From positions 2,046,001 through 2,110,000 of the forward strand of contig BQFW01000012.1 of NCBI GenBank assembly GCA_020891255.1: a DNA stretch of 64,000 nucleotides. The letters run 5' to 3'. Shown here in pieces: positions 48,744 to 60,484 of this stretch; position 1 is the first letter of the stretch; the number at the start of each line of letters is the position of its first letter. This stretch comes from Entomortierella parvispora E1425 (Eukaryota > Fungi > Mortierellomycota). Position numbers and translations under genes: made by a program. The notes under the pieces are model-generated. The model saw only the letters and a list, made by a program, of their open reading frames with translations. It did not search any database and was not told where the DNA came from.

Positions 48744-51700
48744 ATGGCTGGCTCACGGCCCTTCTACCTGGTCCTGACCCTGTTCCTCTTTGTTCAGACT
48801 GCCACCTCCCTGTGGCCTCGCCAGTTCCTTCGCTCAAACACAGCCTCGGTCCCTTCACACCTCTGGAAACGAGACCTCCTGGAGGACGACCCACAGGTAG
48901 ACAGACACACCTGTGCACCCATTTCACCCTTCGCGTCTTGGCGCTTCCTCGTATTTTTTTGGCTGCAAAAGCCACAAATGAATCTAACGGACAACCAACC
49001 AACGGTGCTTTGTTCTCTTTTCTCCTCCCTCCTGACCTCCGCCACATCCAGTGCCAGGATGTGTGGTCGCACCCTGACCAATGCGCCTATGTGCAACTGT
49101 ACTGCAGCGATTATCCAGCAGGACTGATCAATTATCTACACTTTTACTTCTGCGACCTTCGCTCTGCGCCTGTTGTGGCTGTGATCATCCTGGTAATTTC
49201 ACTTTCGCCCCCCTCGTGCTTGCAAAAAAAAAAAAAAAAGCGCGGTTTCCCGGTACTCTTCCCATTCAACTATTTTTTCTTCTCTTGTTTGTTTCTTTTG
49301 CTTCTACTAGGCCGTCTGGATGGTCTTCTTGTTTGGGTTCGTTGGCGTGGCAGCATCTGATTTCTTTTGTAGGTTGCATCATCGACATGCAGGACAGACT
49401 CTATGACACAGGGCCCTTTCGTGACCGATCCAGCAAACTGACACTTACCTGGCTTTGCAAAAACATGCACCCCTAGGCCCAAACCTGAACACAATTGCCA
49501 AGAAGCTGCATTTGTCCGAGAGCATGGTTCGTAATTGATATTACAGTCGTTGTTACAGTCGCGTTATTTTTGTCCGCAGCAATCCGTGATTACCACTCGT
49601 GTCTAACAGTCCATATGGCATCTATTCTTCCTTGTTTTTCTTCTCCTCAGACTGGTGTTACCTTTTTGGCCTTTGGAAATGGGTCCCCAGATGTATTCAG
49701 CACTTTTTCCGCCATGGGTGCTGGAAGTGCCTCTTTGGCGATTGGAGAACTTGTCGGTGCAGCCTCGTTCATCACGTCTGTAGTCGTGGGGTCCATGGCC
49801 ATTATCAAGCCCTTCAAAGTTAGCCGGGCTCCCTTCCTGCGCGACGTGATTTTTTTCACAGGATGTGTTTTGTTCACTCTTTTTGCGGTCATTGACGGAA
49901 AGATCACGTTGGCGGAAAGTCTTTTTCTAATTCTCTATTACTTGATCTATGTGTCCTTTGTCGTCGTCGGCAATTGGTGGCACCAAAGAGCAAAGTCTGA
50001 ACGGGAGCTGGAAGAGAGAGCTCGGAACCTCTATGAAGACGAAGATGACGACAATACAGGAGGCAGCGGGGACGAATCGTTGGTACCAGACGAGGAGCAG
50101 GCTCTCCTTAGTGCTGGTGACCCAAGGAAGCGAAGTACGTTTTCTGGGATAATGTCCTTTGTCTACCCCTTTTTCTGGTGTCATATTGACTTTTTTTGTC
50201 TCCTCCACTATTGTAATCTATAGAACCTCTCAGGATTAACACTCAGTTTTTGGGGCCGTATGACTCATACGAAGACGAGGAGCATGATGATGGGTACATA
50301 TCTCCCACTAGGAGCATGTCTGAAATTGAACAGTTTGGTTCGGATCAAACCCTAGTTGGCTCGTATGGCAGCGGTTATGTTAACCATCCACGGTCTCCTA
50401 TTTCTCCCAGCAGAGATGGCGCCGAGGATTCAATCTCGCTGCGGCCTCCCGGTACACCTAACGCAATGCGTCATAGACCCTCGCTCCTCTCTGCAGTTGA
50501 GGTAAGACTTGTAAATTGGACGCAAATGATCTCGCTTCATGTGCCTATCGATTGACGTTTCTCCGTTTTTTTTTTTTTTTTTTTTTTTTTTTTTCTTCCT
50601 TCTTGGAATAGTTCCACGATGTTGTTCGTTCATTGACACTTTCGGGATCAAGAGGTCGAGTTGCCTCCTATGACCCAAGTTATTATGGTCCTAGGTCCTC
50701 CGGACCGAGGACACCGGGTCTCCACAGGCAGTATTCTGCTAGATCTGCAGTATCCGCAGGGGTTTCTCAGATCCCTTCTCCTATCGTAAGACCCGTATTA
50801 TACCCTGGCAGCTCCTCAGAATCTCAACATTCTCCCAATCGTGATCTCTCCTCTTCACCATTACCCATGGACCTCGAGGATTCTGATCATGAGCAGCGAT
50901 CTTCGATGGAAAGACTGGCACATCTGGAGGAAAATGCCGCCGTTCACCATTCTTTGATCCTGCCAGACCCCCATGACCGTGCCAACCAGCATCTCGGCCA
51001 TATCCACAATGCCCAAGAGTTCTCCTCTAGAATGGCTGTAACATCAGAACCACCGCGATCGATACCCCAAAAGTTGATTCATGGTTTCAAGACCGTCCAA
51101 CCCATTTATTTCCCAACCCTTCTGCACTGGGACCAAAAGTCGCACTTTGTAAAGTTCTTGGCTATCACTTCGGTTCCCATGGTTCTCCTCCTTACGTTGA
51201 CACTCCCCGTAGTGGAGCTCCATGAGGAAGAGGAGGATGACGAGTCTATTAACAATCAAGAATCAGACCTTGTGCCTCGGATCGTTATTGAGGGCGCCGA
51301 GCCCGAGCCCGAGCCCGAGCAAAAATATGATGGCTGGAGTCGAACGGCGACAACGACCCAGATGCTTCTTGCGCCCATTTTCGTCGCCACTGTGATCAGC
51401 AGTAAGTCTAGATGTTTCTTGTTGTGAATCTCTTCTAGAATTTCACAGTGGTTTCTCTAATCAATTAATCTCCCTCAATTCAGGTGCGGCCCAAGAGGGA
51501 TACTTTTCTATCCTTGGTGCACTTGGCATTGGTGCAGTTGGTTCCTATGTTGTGCACCGATTCAGCAATGAAGAGCAACCTCCTCGGTACTATGGAAGTC
51601 TTTGCTTCGTCGGCTTTTTCGTGGCCATCACATGGATTTTCTTGGTCGCAAATGAGGTAGTTGGCATTTTGCAAGCTTTTGGTATGATCTTTGGTCTGAG

Positions 51701-52303
51701 CGACGCTATCTTGGGCTTGACTATTTTCGCAATGGTAAGAAAAGCAAAGAGAAAATATCTGACGTGACTATGAGTGATTCTGAGAGCTTTTTTTTTCTTG
51801 GCTAACTCCTAACTCCATTCATAGGGCAACAGCTTGGGCGATCTGGTTGCCAACATCACGATTGCCAAGATGGGCTTTCCTCGGATGGCGTTTTCTGCCT
51901 GCTTTGGCGGTCCTCTTCTAAGTAGGTGCTTCTGTGTTCAACTGCGGACCTTGATTTATTCCGCCTCGTGAAATATGAATCTAACAGACCAACTCCCATA
52001 TCTTCATATTGTGTTCTGTACAATTCTTTCATAGACATGCTTTTGGGAGTTGGCATCAGCGGAACTTACCAGACGCTGAGAACAGGGGAACCGATCCCCC
52101 TCAAGGTTTCACCCACGCTTTTCGTGTCACTTATTGGCGTACTGCTGACTCTTTTGACTGCAGTCGTCTTTGTGCCAAGAAACGGATACAAGATGTCTCG
52201 AGCCTGGGGCTGGTACCTCCTCATAGTTTACCTGGTCTGCACTGTCACCAATGTGGTCGTCGAAATCTTGTCTACCAACAAGGATCGTCAAGCCTCCCTT
52301 TAA
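48744..52303 (+). CDS. Cation/Ca2+ exchanger, NCLX/CCX (YDL206W-like) family
   Basis: Ten exons: 48744-48896, 49052-49192, 49311-49368, 49477-49526, 49651-50134, 50224-50501, 50612-51401, 51484-51734, 51825-51921, 52035-52303. Alpha-1 repeat GVTFLAFGNGSPDVFST...GELVGAASF; alpha-2 repeat GLTIFAM|GNSLGDLVAN...MAFSACFGGPLLNMLLG; N-terminal AASDFFCPNL. Confidence 0.93.
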
Positions 52304-52386
52304 AAATAAATGCAATGACAGACGGTCAACAGAATCCAACTCGGTTTTTTTTTATTGATATTACTATGCATCATTTTTGGTTTTTT

Positions 52387-54263
52387 TTACTCGAGCTTGG
52401 TACGCTTTGAAGATGGCTCTTTTGAGTCTTCTTCTTGAACAATCGTGGTTGTCGTAGTGGTTGTAGTCGTCTCTCCTGTAGTAGCGTCTGTAGCATCTGT
52501 TGAGGTGGTCTCGACGACAATTGTTGAAGACGAGGCAATGGCCACAGGGGCGGCAGAACCCTCACGGCTGGCGTCGTTACTGCTGTTGGCTAATTCCTCG
52601 CGCTCACGCTTCAGCTTCTTTGCCTCTGCATTCTTCTTTTCCATGGCCAGTCTTTCCCGCTTGGTCATGGCAGCCTGGACAGGAAAGTCAATGATCTTGG
52701 TCGCGGTCAACAAACATCCTCCACCTCCCCAAGTCGACATCTCTGGATGTGTACGACCGGGCAACACCTGCGATTTCCTCAACCAGCTCTCTGTCAATTG
52801 GGGTGCCAATAACTCGGGGCATTTCCGCATCCACGTGCTCGTGTCCAGCAGAGCCTCCTTGGCAGTGTGATAGACGACCACAGGGCGCGATCCACGGATG
52901 AAGGGCAACAACTTTTCAAGGATCGACTCTGGCTGGTACTGGGAGGCAATCACCAATCCGTCGAAATCGCCAGCGTGCAAAATCTTGCGAGATTCTTCCA
53001 CAATCTTGTAGGCCTTGGATCGGCGGTGGTATCCCTCCAGATCCTTGCCAGTCAACTGTGTCACATCCTGAAGCTCATCTGGTGTCTCTATTGTAGGAGA
53101 AGGGGGAAGGGGGCGAAAAAAATAGAGTCGAAAAGGTCAGCTTTCTGTTGGTTTTTTTTCCGTGTTTTGCTCAAAAGGTCCAGAGATCGATTTTCTTACT
53201 CTCATCCACGCCTCTGTACATCCTCAACCAAGACAGGACCTTGATGGTCTCCTGGATCTTGTCGTTAAAGTTCATGTACTTGAGAATATCATAGTTGGGA
53301 GAATCGCCGTCGTACATTCCCAAGATGGTGCCATTGCCGCCCATGCGCTCTGCCAATGCCGAAACAACCAATCCCTGGGTATCGTCCACGACCAAAAGTT
53401 TGCAGCCAGAGTGGACGTTGGAGTAGGAGAGCAACTGAGAGAGTGTATCCATGCGCATGCCCCTGATCTTGTCTGGGTTCTTGATATAAAAGTACTCGTT
53501 CACAGAGTAAGCTGTGGGCTTGATGGGCGTAAAGACCTTGTGGAACTTCTTGCCCTTCTTTTGCAAGTACTTTGCTTGCGAGTATGCCGTCTTCTTGTCA
53601 AATGTTGCGTGACTCTCCTTTAACTTGTTGACGATTTCCTAAATTTATGCCATGAGAGTTTTCCGCATAAAAGAGAATATGTCCAAGGTCTTAGAAAGCG
53701 TATGGATGAAAAATAACCTGTCGATCCGTGTAGCGAGACTCCATGAGCTTCCAAAAAAAAAAAAAAATTGAACATCGATTGTAATACCTGTCCAGTCAAT
53801 TCTCCCTTGAGACCCTCGTTCTTGAGAGCCTTGATATCCTCCAAAGTCAACTTTTGAGAAGAGGCATCGTCGACAATTTCCCTGTTGTTGTTCTCGGTCT
53901 CCTCAATCTCGTTGATCTCGTCCAAATGATAGACACGCGTCTTGTTGTCCCGATCATAAATTTCATAACTGTTGCCCCAAGCATGGCCGATAATGTCGTT
54001 CGCCTTGAAGGATCCAAACTTTCCCAAAGCCACAGTGCTATCAAATAAGAAGGGTAGCCAGAGTGAGTACTGAGTGAAGCTGGTGGTCGTAGAATATTGA
54101 ATGCTGATCTGCATTGCTTCGTCCCCCAAAAAGAAAGGCGGAGGCGTAGTGTTCTTGAAATGTACCTGCCGGGCTTGAGGACGATGCACTTGACATTGTC
54201 ACTGGGCATCTTGATGAAGACATGCTCTCCGGCATTGATGGTATCAGAGGGGTTGGTCGCCAT
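52387..54263 (-). CDS. TRM6: tRNA m1A58 methyltransferase non-catalytic subunit Trm6/Gcd10
   Basis: Exons 54263-54166, 54037-53788, 53638-53200, 53087-52387. ALGKFGSFKANDIIG, ENNNREIVDDASSQKLT, HATFDKKTAYSQAKY, KIRGMRMDTLSQLLSYSNV, WLRKSQVLPGRTHPEM. Confidence 0.93.
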
Positions 54264-54478
54264 GGTAAAAGTGATTGCGCTGATCAACAAGGTGGATGAG
54301 AACAATGGAAAGAAAGCAAGCTCATGCGCGCTCTTCTCACTTTGCCACAGAAAAAAGAAAAGAAAAAAAGACAATATTTGCTCATGACTGCGTTTTTCAT
54401 TCTCGATCACGTGCAGGCCCTTGAATATCTCCGGCAGAAACGTCGCTTTATCGCTCCTCTCTTTGCACTCTCCTCACC

Positions 54479-56540
54479 ATGCCTCTCCATCACCATCCGC
54501 GGGCCATTGCTGCCCGGGTCGTCCAAGGCTCAAGTCAGACTCTCACAGGACAATTCGCCCTCACTCGGACACAACCACAGAGGAATGCACTCATCGCTGA
54601 GAAGGCATTGCGCTGCCAAACTCAGCAGCCTTTTTGCAACAGAACGCGCGTCTTTGGTCGCGCAATGGGTCCCGTCGTACACCTCGCAGGTCCCAAGAAG
54701 GCATTGCCCCTACCATCGCAGTATCAACAGCAGAGTTATAGAGGCTTCAGCATCTCCGTAGCAAGCCGATCAAGTGACAAGGGGGAAGATTCTACACCGT
54801 ATCTTCCTAGATCAGAAACGAAACACAGCGGCCTTTCCGGTGGAACGCGTCGGTACACGAGCGAGTTGCCGACCAAAGTCAAAATGCTCTTGGATACTCC
54901 AGGTAGGATAGGGGATGAGAGGAGCCCTCTATGACCGAGTGTCTGCTTGGATCAACTGTTGTTCACCTTGTCTTGCAACATGATCTTCTATAGGCGTCTA
55001 TCCGAAAGATCTCGCACCAGAAACAATCAAGGAAGCCAGTAGGGAGATTAGACAGTCTTTTGGAACGACCTATGGGTATGTCAGAGCTATATTCTCTATT
55101 GTCGCTGGATGATCTTCTCTCGATGGAGTTATGTGAGTGTATCATACTTATCAACTCTCTTATATTCCGTGGATTTTTCGCTGTAGAGGAAACTACAAGC
55201 TACAGTGGGAGGATGGAGGCCCAAAGACGATCTTGATCATCAAGAAGCCGTTTGATGAAAAGACCGATAAGACTCTAATCGAAGTTGCAAAGTAAGTTTC
55301 CATGCCAGCCGAAGATACGATCTAAACCATCAATTGTGACTCAGCACCCTTACTGCTCGTGATTTTTCGCGTTCTCAGCTGGATCCACAAAACCTATCCT
55401 AAAGCCAACATTGTCGTGGAGCCAGATGTTGCAGACGAGTTTGCAGAGCAATTGCCATTTGCCTATGTCATCCCAGGTATGCATGTTTGTATCATAGACG
55501 AGGAGCGTATAAAAGGGGGACCTTGTTGAAAGAGTCGATAAATCTAACCACTTTCCAAACTCAGACGGTAAACGCGAAGAGTACACACGAGTGACGGATC
55601 TAGTCATTACTCTTGGAGGAGATGGCACTATTCTTCATACATCTTCTCTCTTCAACTCTGCGGTACCTCCTGTAATATCCTTTTCAATGGGAACTCTTGG
55701 ATTTCTTCTACCCTATCGTAAGATATCCTGATCAGGGCCTCATTTTCAGATTTTGCAGTGTGGTTACTTCATAGTTTTACTGACCACACCATCCTATAAT
55801 CACAGACATCAACAACTACAAGAGTGCGATCCACAAGCTTATGGATAACAGCCACGCCTCGCTTCTACTCAGGATGCGTCTAAAGTGTACACTTCATGGA
55901 GCAGATGGGCGACGTCTTCAGGCTAAGGATGGATCGGGGCGGATCAATGACTTGACTGTTATGAATGAAGTCAACCTGCACCGAGGACGATACCCACATC
56001 TGACCTCCATTGGATGTTTTGTTGACGGACATTTGATCACGGAAGCAGTGGCCGATGGGTTGATTGTCGCGTCACCAACAGGATCAACGGCGTATTCATT
56101 GTCTGCGGGTGGGTCCATTGTCCACCCTTCTATCCAGTCCCTACTTTTGACGCCCATTTGTCCCAGATCGCTGTCATTCCGCCCTGTCCTGTTACCACCC
56201 AACGCTACAATCCAGTTGAAGGTAACTCATATTTCGATTTGATACCCAACTACTCTTGACCTCTGCTCTCCCACTCTTGCTATATTCAAAAACTGACTTC
56301 CTATCGCCCACATAGATTGGAGGCAAATCCAGAGGACCTGCCGAGGTGTCCTTGGATGGCAAGGAAACATTCTTTTTGGACAAGAACGAGTTCCTTCAAG
56401 TCTGCATGTCCCCTTTCCCAATGCCGTGCGTTAACCGTGTCCATGCCGGTGAAGATTGGATCAAAGATATCAATGACCTGTTGAAGTGGAATCAAGGATT
56501 TGACAACAAGCAGGCCATGAGGCATTACATGTCGGAATAA
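54479..56540 (+). CDS. POS5: NAD(H) kinase with mitochondrial-type presequence (Pos5-like)
   Basis: Exons 54479-54902, 54994-55075, 55187-55291, 55379-55476, 55565-55717, 55806-56221, 56316-56540. [74 protein letters not shown]. The start codon is less certain. Confidence 0.92.
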
Positions 56541-56638
56541 ACCCTTCCTTCTTGCTAGAAATTTGCATATCACCCTTCTAGCCTAAAGTCACCACGGAGA
56601 TTGCTGTGTGTTCCTGTGAAGTTTCGAGTATATTTTTG

Positions 56639-58009
56639 TCAAGATGAGGCTGCTCTAGCGTAGATATCATCCTCTTCCGGTTCAAAGAATCCTGGCACCC
56701 AGTACTCGTATGGTTCTGCCTGTTGATCGATCCACATTAGACTGTCCTCCAACAGAGTATTCTAAAAACGCAGAGCAAGGAAGACTTGTTAGTCAATATA
56801 CACTGCTCCGATGCCTTGTTCAAACAGAGAAGGTAAAAAGAAAAAGGTGAAAAAACAAAAGAAAAAGAAAAAGGTACAATACCAAAGCTGTTGTCGTCCG
56901 TCCTGTTTCCCATCCAAGTTTTTCGCGCACAATATTGACATTGACATGTCCATTCGTTTTCTAGAGAAAATTATATAAAAAATTAAAAAAAAAACCCCCC
57001 CCAGCTCGGGTTAGTATCCACATTCGGACGCACTTTAGTGGCGCAGAAACTCCTCATCACAAAGAGCCCAGAGTCCAAAAGAGAAGGTTGGATATACCTG
57101 AACAAGGCCAAGAATCACGGACTGATCCCGATTCAGCTCGCGAGGAACAGAACTAATCATCTTTTTGTCGCCAATTTGCAAGACCTGGAACCCACTTCCC
57201 AACGGCGCCAACGTCTTGACCGACCGCAGAACATCGTCTTCTGTGATCTCCATATTCGTATTCTCTTTGCTTTGGCTGTTGGAGGACGTTGCTGCAGAGA
57301 AAGCATTGGCCCATTTGCTGCCACTGTTGCCATGATTTTGTGTCGGGGATGGATTCCTAACGCCTCTCATCCGTTCCACCCGTCGCTTCACCTCGGACAG
57401 TTCCATCAATCCGCCATTCAAGGCCCTTGTCGAAAGACAGACGTCGATGATCTGAATCCCCAATTCGTAGTAAAAGTCTCCCACCCCAAGAAGTTCTCCC
57501 CAGTATCCTTTGCTGGCTAAATATGATAAAAAGGACGACCGCAAATGTCCACGTTAGCTCAAAGGCTTCAAATGCCAGATGCGTTCTCTCTTTCGTTTCC
57601 ATCTTTTCTTGATTAAGCGAAGCGTTCCAGAATCATAAAAAGATATCCTTACAGGCAAGAGGATCGACGCCAATGTTACCGCACATCTTTTGAAAGTGCA
57701 TTCGAAAGACGGGATCCTTTTGGATATCCTTTCGATGCAGGCGAGCAAAGGTCTCGAGGTTGGCCCTGAATGTCTCCATTTGCTTCTGCAACTGCTCCAT
57801 CTGGTTGTCAGATATCGTTTGGCCGACGCGCTGGTAAGACTCCTGTAATGAGCACACCCAACAAAGCGAATGGTTCGGTCAGTAACATTGCATGTCTATA
57901 TGCTTTCTCATGTCCATCCATGATTGCAGCCAATCCTTTCGCCACTTGCATTCGTTGCCTGCAGGCGCTCTGCGTAGGCGCGACCACCGACTGGACGTCT
58001 CCGGTTCAT
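56639..58009 (-). CDS. SNF8: ESCRT-II subunit Snf8/Vps22
   Basis: Exons 58009-57950 (GC donor), 57842-57652, 57516-57098, a short exon about 56961-56883, and a last exon about 56761-56639. FRANLETFARLHRKDIQKDPVFRMHFQKMCGNIGVDPLA|SSKGYWGELLGVGDFYYELGIQIIDVC, VPRELNRDQ, LMWIDQQ...YWVP. Confidence 0.93.
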
Positions 58010-58228
58010 GGTGTATTGAGATTTTGATTCGAGAGCTGGATGAAAGAGATGTAGGTTCCAGCATGCATGCAAAGCTCTCGAAAATAACTTTCGTGTCACG
58101 GGGTTTTTTTATTTCGAGGTGCTTTTTTTTTCTGTTTTTTCTGGACCAAAGATCATGTTCCTGACGACTGCAAACGCGTTTTTCGCAAAAAGGGTGGCCA
58201 GCCCTGAAAGTCCCTTGGCACTGTCGGA

Positions 58229-60267
58229 TTAGACTGGAAGATCAGCCGTGTTGGACGAAATCTCGGTGAATTTCAGTCCGAGAGGGTCCAAACCTTTCAA
58301 GGTGAGGTCGTTTGCGATTCTGGTGATAATATCGCAATTCTGACCAACATCCATGTACGATGCCAACCTAAAGTAGGAGGAGGTTTGGGCTGTCATTCAT
58401 ATGCTGAAGTGAACAGAATAAATGATCAAGAGTTCTCACAACTTACATTTCCAGATACATGTCTGGGTTCAGCGACATTCCAGAGAGATTCAAAATCATT
58501 CGAACGCTTGTGTGGCCTTTGTTCTGAAGAGCTCTGCTTGAAATTTGGGGGGTCACCAAGAGCCCACGAACTGCCTCGGACGACTCTGCCAAGCTGACAA
58601 CGGTGAGCTAGAGAAAATTCATGGAAAAGGGCATTCAGCCTCGACTGTTGGTAGACCAAGCCATACATAAACAATCGAATGTGAGTGATCACTTACGACT
58701 TTGGCCTTCTTCTCCAGTGTGTCCTTCAAGTGAGCCGTCTCTGTCACGTCGCGGCAGATGACGACAACGGCATGGTTCTCGCTCAACGCAATAGCTCGCA
58801 AGAGAAGTGATTCCGTCAGAGACTCATCCGCGAAGCAAAAATGATTTGCCGACGTCAAGTTCATGTGGTCGAGACTGAACACGGCCTTTCGGTCATCAAA
58901 ATCAAACGCTTCTGATGCCTTTTCAATCTCCTTGGTGCCAACATGGCAAGCAAGGATGACCTGGCAAATTGACAGCCGATCAAGAGTCGCCGCAATACGT
59001 CCCTCCGTTCTTGCGTTTCGGAACACGTATTCGGCCTCGTACACCAGCAGGATACAGACGTCTCTGATCCTGATGACTTGTTGGTCAATCAAAGAGGGGT
59101 AGATCTCAGGCGTGGTAATGATCACCGAGGGCTTGTCGAATGTGTTCTTTAGATCTGCAGCGTCTTCGAGGATCCGGACAAAGTGGACATCGACGCGAAC
59201 CTCTGAGATCTCGATGAACTTTTGGAGCGACTCGATCATTAATCGTGTGCTTTGGTTATCCCAGCGGTTCACCAGGATCACAATCTGAGTCTCTTTTGCC
59301 TCACCGTCGACCATGTCAATGATAGAGTAGTTTGCATACTCTGCCAATCTCTGCCCTCTCACCTGAAGGATCGTGTCAGAGCCTATAAATGAATCGTTGG
59401 GGCAGTCAGTATGATGACCGTGTTGTTGATCTGAACCCAGTGTCATATACCACAAACCTACCGTCGACGAGCGGCCGCAAAATGCATGTCTCCAAGTAGC
59501 CTGTGCCAGTCGCACTACATTCCAATAATGATGGTGCTCCATTTTAGTACATGAGTCTAGAGCCTCAAGTCTGCTATAAAGAAACGTGTTTTCATCGTGA
59601 TAATTACCCATTTGCTTGAAGGCATTTCAATGTGCCATCTTTGAGCTCCAATGCATTTGGTGGACCAAGAGGTTCCTGGGGAACAGAATCAAAGACCTGG
59701 CCAACATTTCCCGTTTTCAAGACCGGTTAGTACGCGTGATACTTGCCAAGGAAGACATCAGTCCAATAAAAAGCTTACCACAAGATCCCATTGATGCCTG
59801 ATGAAAGGCGGCGGGCCTCGCCTCCCAGCCCTGCTCTTCCGCGCATTTCGCAAAAAGTGGGGGTCGTGTCTACGAAGAGGCTGAGCTTGACCCTGGAGAC
59901 CAGAGTCCTGCTTTTCCGTATGTGGCGCAGCGGCGTTCACGTTGGAGATCAGGTTCTCTTCCACGAGTCGTTTCTCGAAACGCTCAACGTTCAGGACGAG
60001 CCGGCGCAAGCCTTCTTTGAATGCAAAAAACTCGCTCGCGATGCTCTTTCTCGGAGCTTGGGATGCAGAGACCACTGCTGCAGCACCAGAAGTCTGGTCG
60101 AGCGCAGTCGTTTCTTGAAAGGGCTTTGGGAGTGAATCTGTTGCCAAAGGCGCGCCGCTGGTGCTGGGTTCTCCGGTGCCTGTAGTGGCGGCATCCTGGG
60201 GGATCTGGTCGGGCAGAGGCACTCCCTGTGTCTGTTGGAGATGGGTGGATCTTTCAGTACCGAGCAT
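58229..60267 (-). CDS. eIF4A-like DEAD-box pseudo-helicase (538 aa; catalytic motifs degenerate) with an N-terminal extension
   Basis: Exons 60267-59779, 59696-59608, 59514-59462, 59382-58697, 58607-58447, 58367-58229; all GT-AG, 1617 nt in one frame. Colinear with eIF4A from HQWDLVVFDS (eIF4A SNWNEIVDS) to NTADLPV* (eIF4A NVADLI*). Confidence 0.78.
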
Positions 60268-60484
60268 GCCGTGGACAGAGATGATGCAGTCGATATAGAG
60301 TCAGAGTGATGATCGCGTGAAGGAGAAATAGAAGAGAAACAGAGAAACAAAACAAAAAAAAAAAAAAAAAAAAAAAAAAAAGGAAGGGAAGGAAAAAAAA
60401 AAGAACTGAATCATCCTGACATTTAAAGGCTTGATGCTGTAGATATTAAATGTATGAGCTTTTATTGTGTAAGGGTATCGAGTT

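Noticed and set aside
48121-49360. Several 200-360-aa ORFs
   Set aside because: Produced by (CTGT)n, (ATTC)n and CT-rich tracts plus the first exchanger exons.
38154-52303. K+ channel and Ca2+ exchanger as a possible functional ion-transport cluster
   Set aside because: Separated by unrelated housekeeping genes; proximity of two transporters is expected by chance.
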